Origin: Antedon mediterranea
Taxonomy: Eukaryota; Animalia; Echinodermata
Assembly: GCF_964355755.1 (NCBI RefSeq)
Contig: NC_092676.1
Coordinates: 17,006,871 to 17,070,870 of the forward strand
DNA: 64,000 nucleotides
Reading direction: 5' to 3'
The notes below the pieces were generated by a model that ran no database searches, had not been told where the DNA came from, and saw only the letters and a program-made list of their open reading frames with translations. The position numbers were made by a program, and so were the translations under genes. The first letter of the stretch is position 1; each line of letters starts with the position of its first letter. Positions 62,785 through 64,000 of this stretch are shown here, in pieces.

Positions 62785-63951
62785 TTAATCTTCAAACGTC
62801 ATTCTTCCACCCCCCTTATTCTTCATATACCTTCTATACATTTTATATTTGCTATTATTTGCTAACTTTCTCTTTTCCTCTTCTACAAGTTCCTCTTTAA
62901 GTACCTAAAAATATAATAGATAGATAGAACTTTACAATGAATGACAATTTACATATATATCACACCTTTAAAGACTTGCTGGTCTGCATATAAATATATC
63001 TTATTTGGGGTGGATTTTCTCATTATCACAGATGTTCTCTTCATTGTTTATAAATGATTAATTTAAAGTGCATCACTGATAGGTTTTAAGTTTCTTTAAA
63101 ATAAATTAATAGAAGGGATAGACGATGTATAGTAATGTACAGTACAAATTTCAGAATGGGTTTAAAAAAGAGAAGCTTTGCATATCAATTTGTATGCCAT
63201 TATGTTTATGGGGCATATTCAATAATGGTTAAATTTAGTATTAGCCCAGTTTAAAATGTTTAGTAAAAATCATTTCCAAAAGACTAGTTGAGCATCAAAA
63301 AGGTGTACATAACTTTACCTTAAAATTGTCTAATATCCAAGCTTCCCTCTCAAAATACACTTCTTTCTGTTCATCAGGAATAGCCTAGCAATAGAAAATA
63401 ATGTGATTAATGACTTTGAATTGATTATAACATAGGTTCATTGCAATACGTCCATCCTTTAAGATCTGTGATAGCTTTTCCTTATTTTATTGTCTTTAAT
63501 GCTGTGTTTGCCAACCAATTAAAATGTATTCATACAATGTCTGGGCTATGATCATACTGTATGATCAGTTTTATGTGTTTTCATTGGCAAATTATGAAAA
63601 TGAACAAAGCTTACGAGGACACCATTGGTACCCAACAAGGTTTCCCATTGATAGTGGTGTCCCCTGAATACGGGTTGGTCATAATGTTAAAAGATAATAT
63701 ATTTCACAGGAAAGTTTCCACTTTCTGACTTTAAAATAAATAAAAATAGGCTTACATCAAACTGCCCTTGTGATACTTTTAAGTGTCTCCTTATAAGGTA
63801 TTTCTTCTCCTCATCCCCGTATTCCACTTTCTTGATATTAAACCTCCAAATCCATCGTATATACCATACAATGTATTGATATATATAATATGGAAATATA
63901 AATAGTTGCACCCATAGTACATCCACAACACTTGGCTTGCAGTATACCCCT
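62785..63951 (-). CDS. DNAJC25: DnaJ homolog subfamily C member 25, last three exons; 5' part lies outside the window
   Basis: Exons 63951-63756 (YCKPSVVDVLWVQL...YIVWYIRWIWRFNIKKVEYGDEEKKYLIRR...QFD), 63384-63319 (...YFEREAWILDNFK) and 62904-62785 (...KLANNSKYKMYRRYMKNKGGGRMTFED*). These match the DNAJC25 C-terminus as I recall it. Confidence 0.88.
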
Positions 63952-64000
63952 CTGTAGAAATAGTAAATGATAGAAATTGAGAAGGCATAATTACAAAAAA

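Overview
AT-rich eukaryotic genomic DNA with spliceosomal introns. The gene and transposon content (Gmr1-type Gypsy, Tx1, L2/Crack-like LINE, Kolobok) suggests a marine invertebrate deuterostome such as an echinoderm; this is an inference. Host genes, left to right: a small cluster of secreted, single-exon LamG/ConA-like genes (one disrupted by nested transposons, one intact, one remnant); an arylsulfatase-A-like gene on the minus strand with two catalytic residues substituted; a 9-coding-exon ankyrin/coiled-coil gene; H6PD; and the last three exons of DNAJC25 on the minus strand. Roughly half the window is mobile DNA: a LINE 3' half, three nested levels of transposons inside a gene (5.4-13.7 kb), a near-intact full-length Tx1 with TSD, a decayed HhH/zinc-knuckle/protease retroelement, Kolobok, pogo and Harbinger-type non-autonomous elements, and a very young Gmr1-like LTR retrotransposon. 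The most striking signal is in this last element. Its gag and pol are in the same frame, separated by one CAA-TGA-CTAG stop that is followed immediately by a ~72-nt stem-loop, the signature of programmed stop-codon readthrough. All alignments and counts were done by eye.
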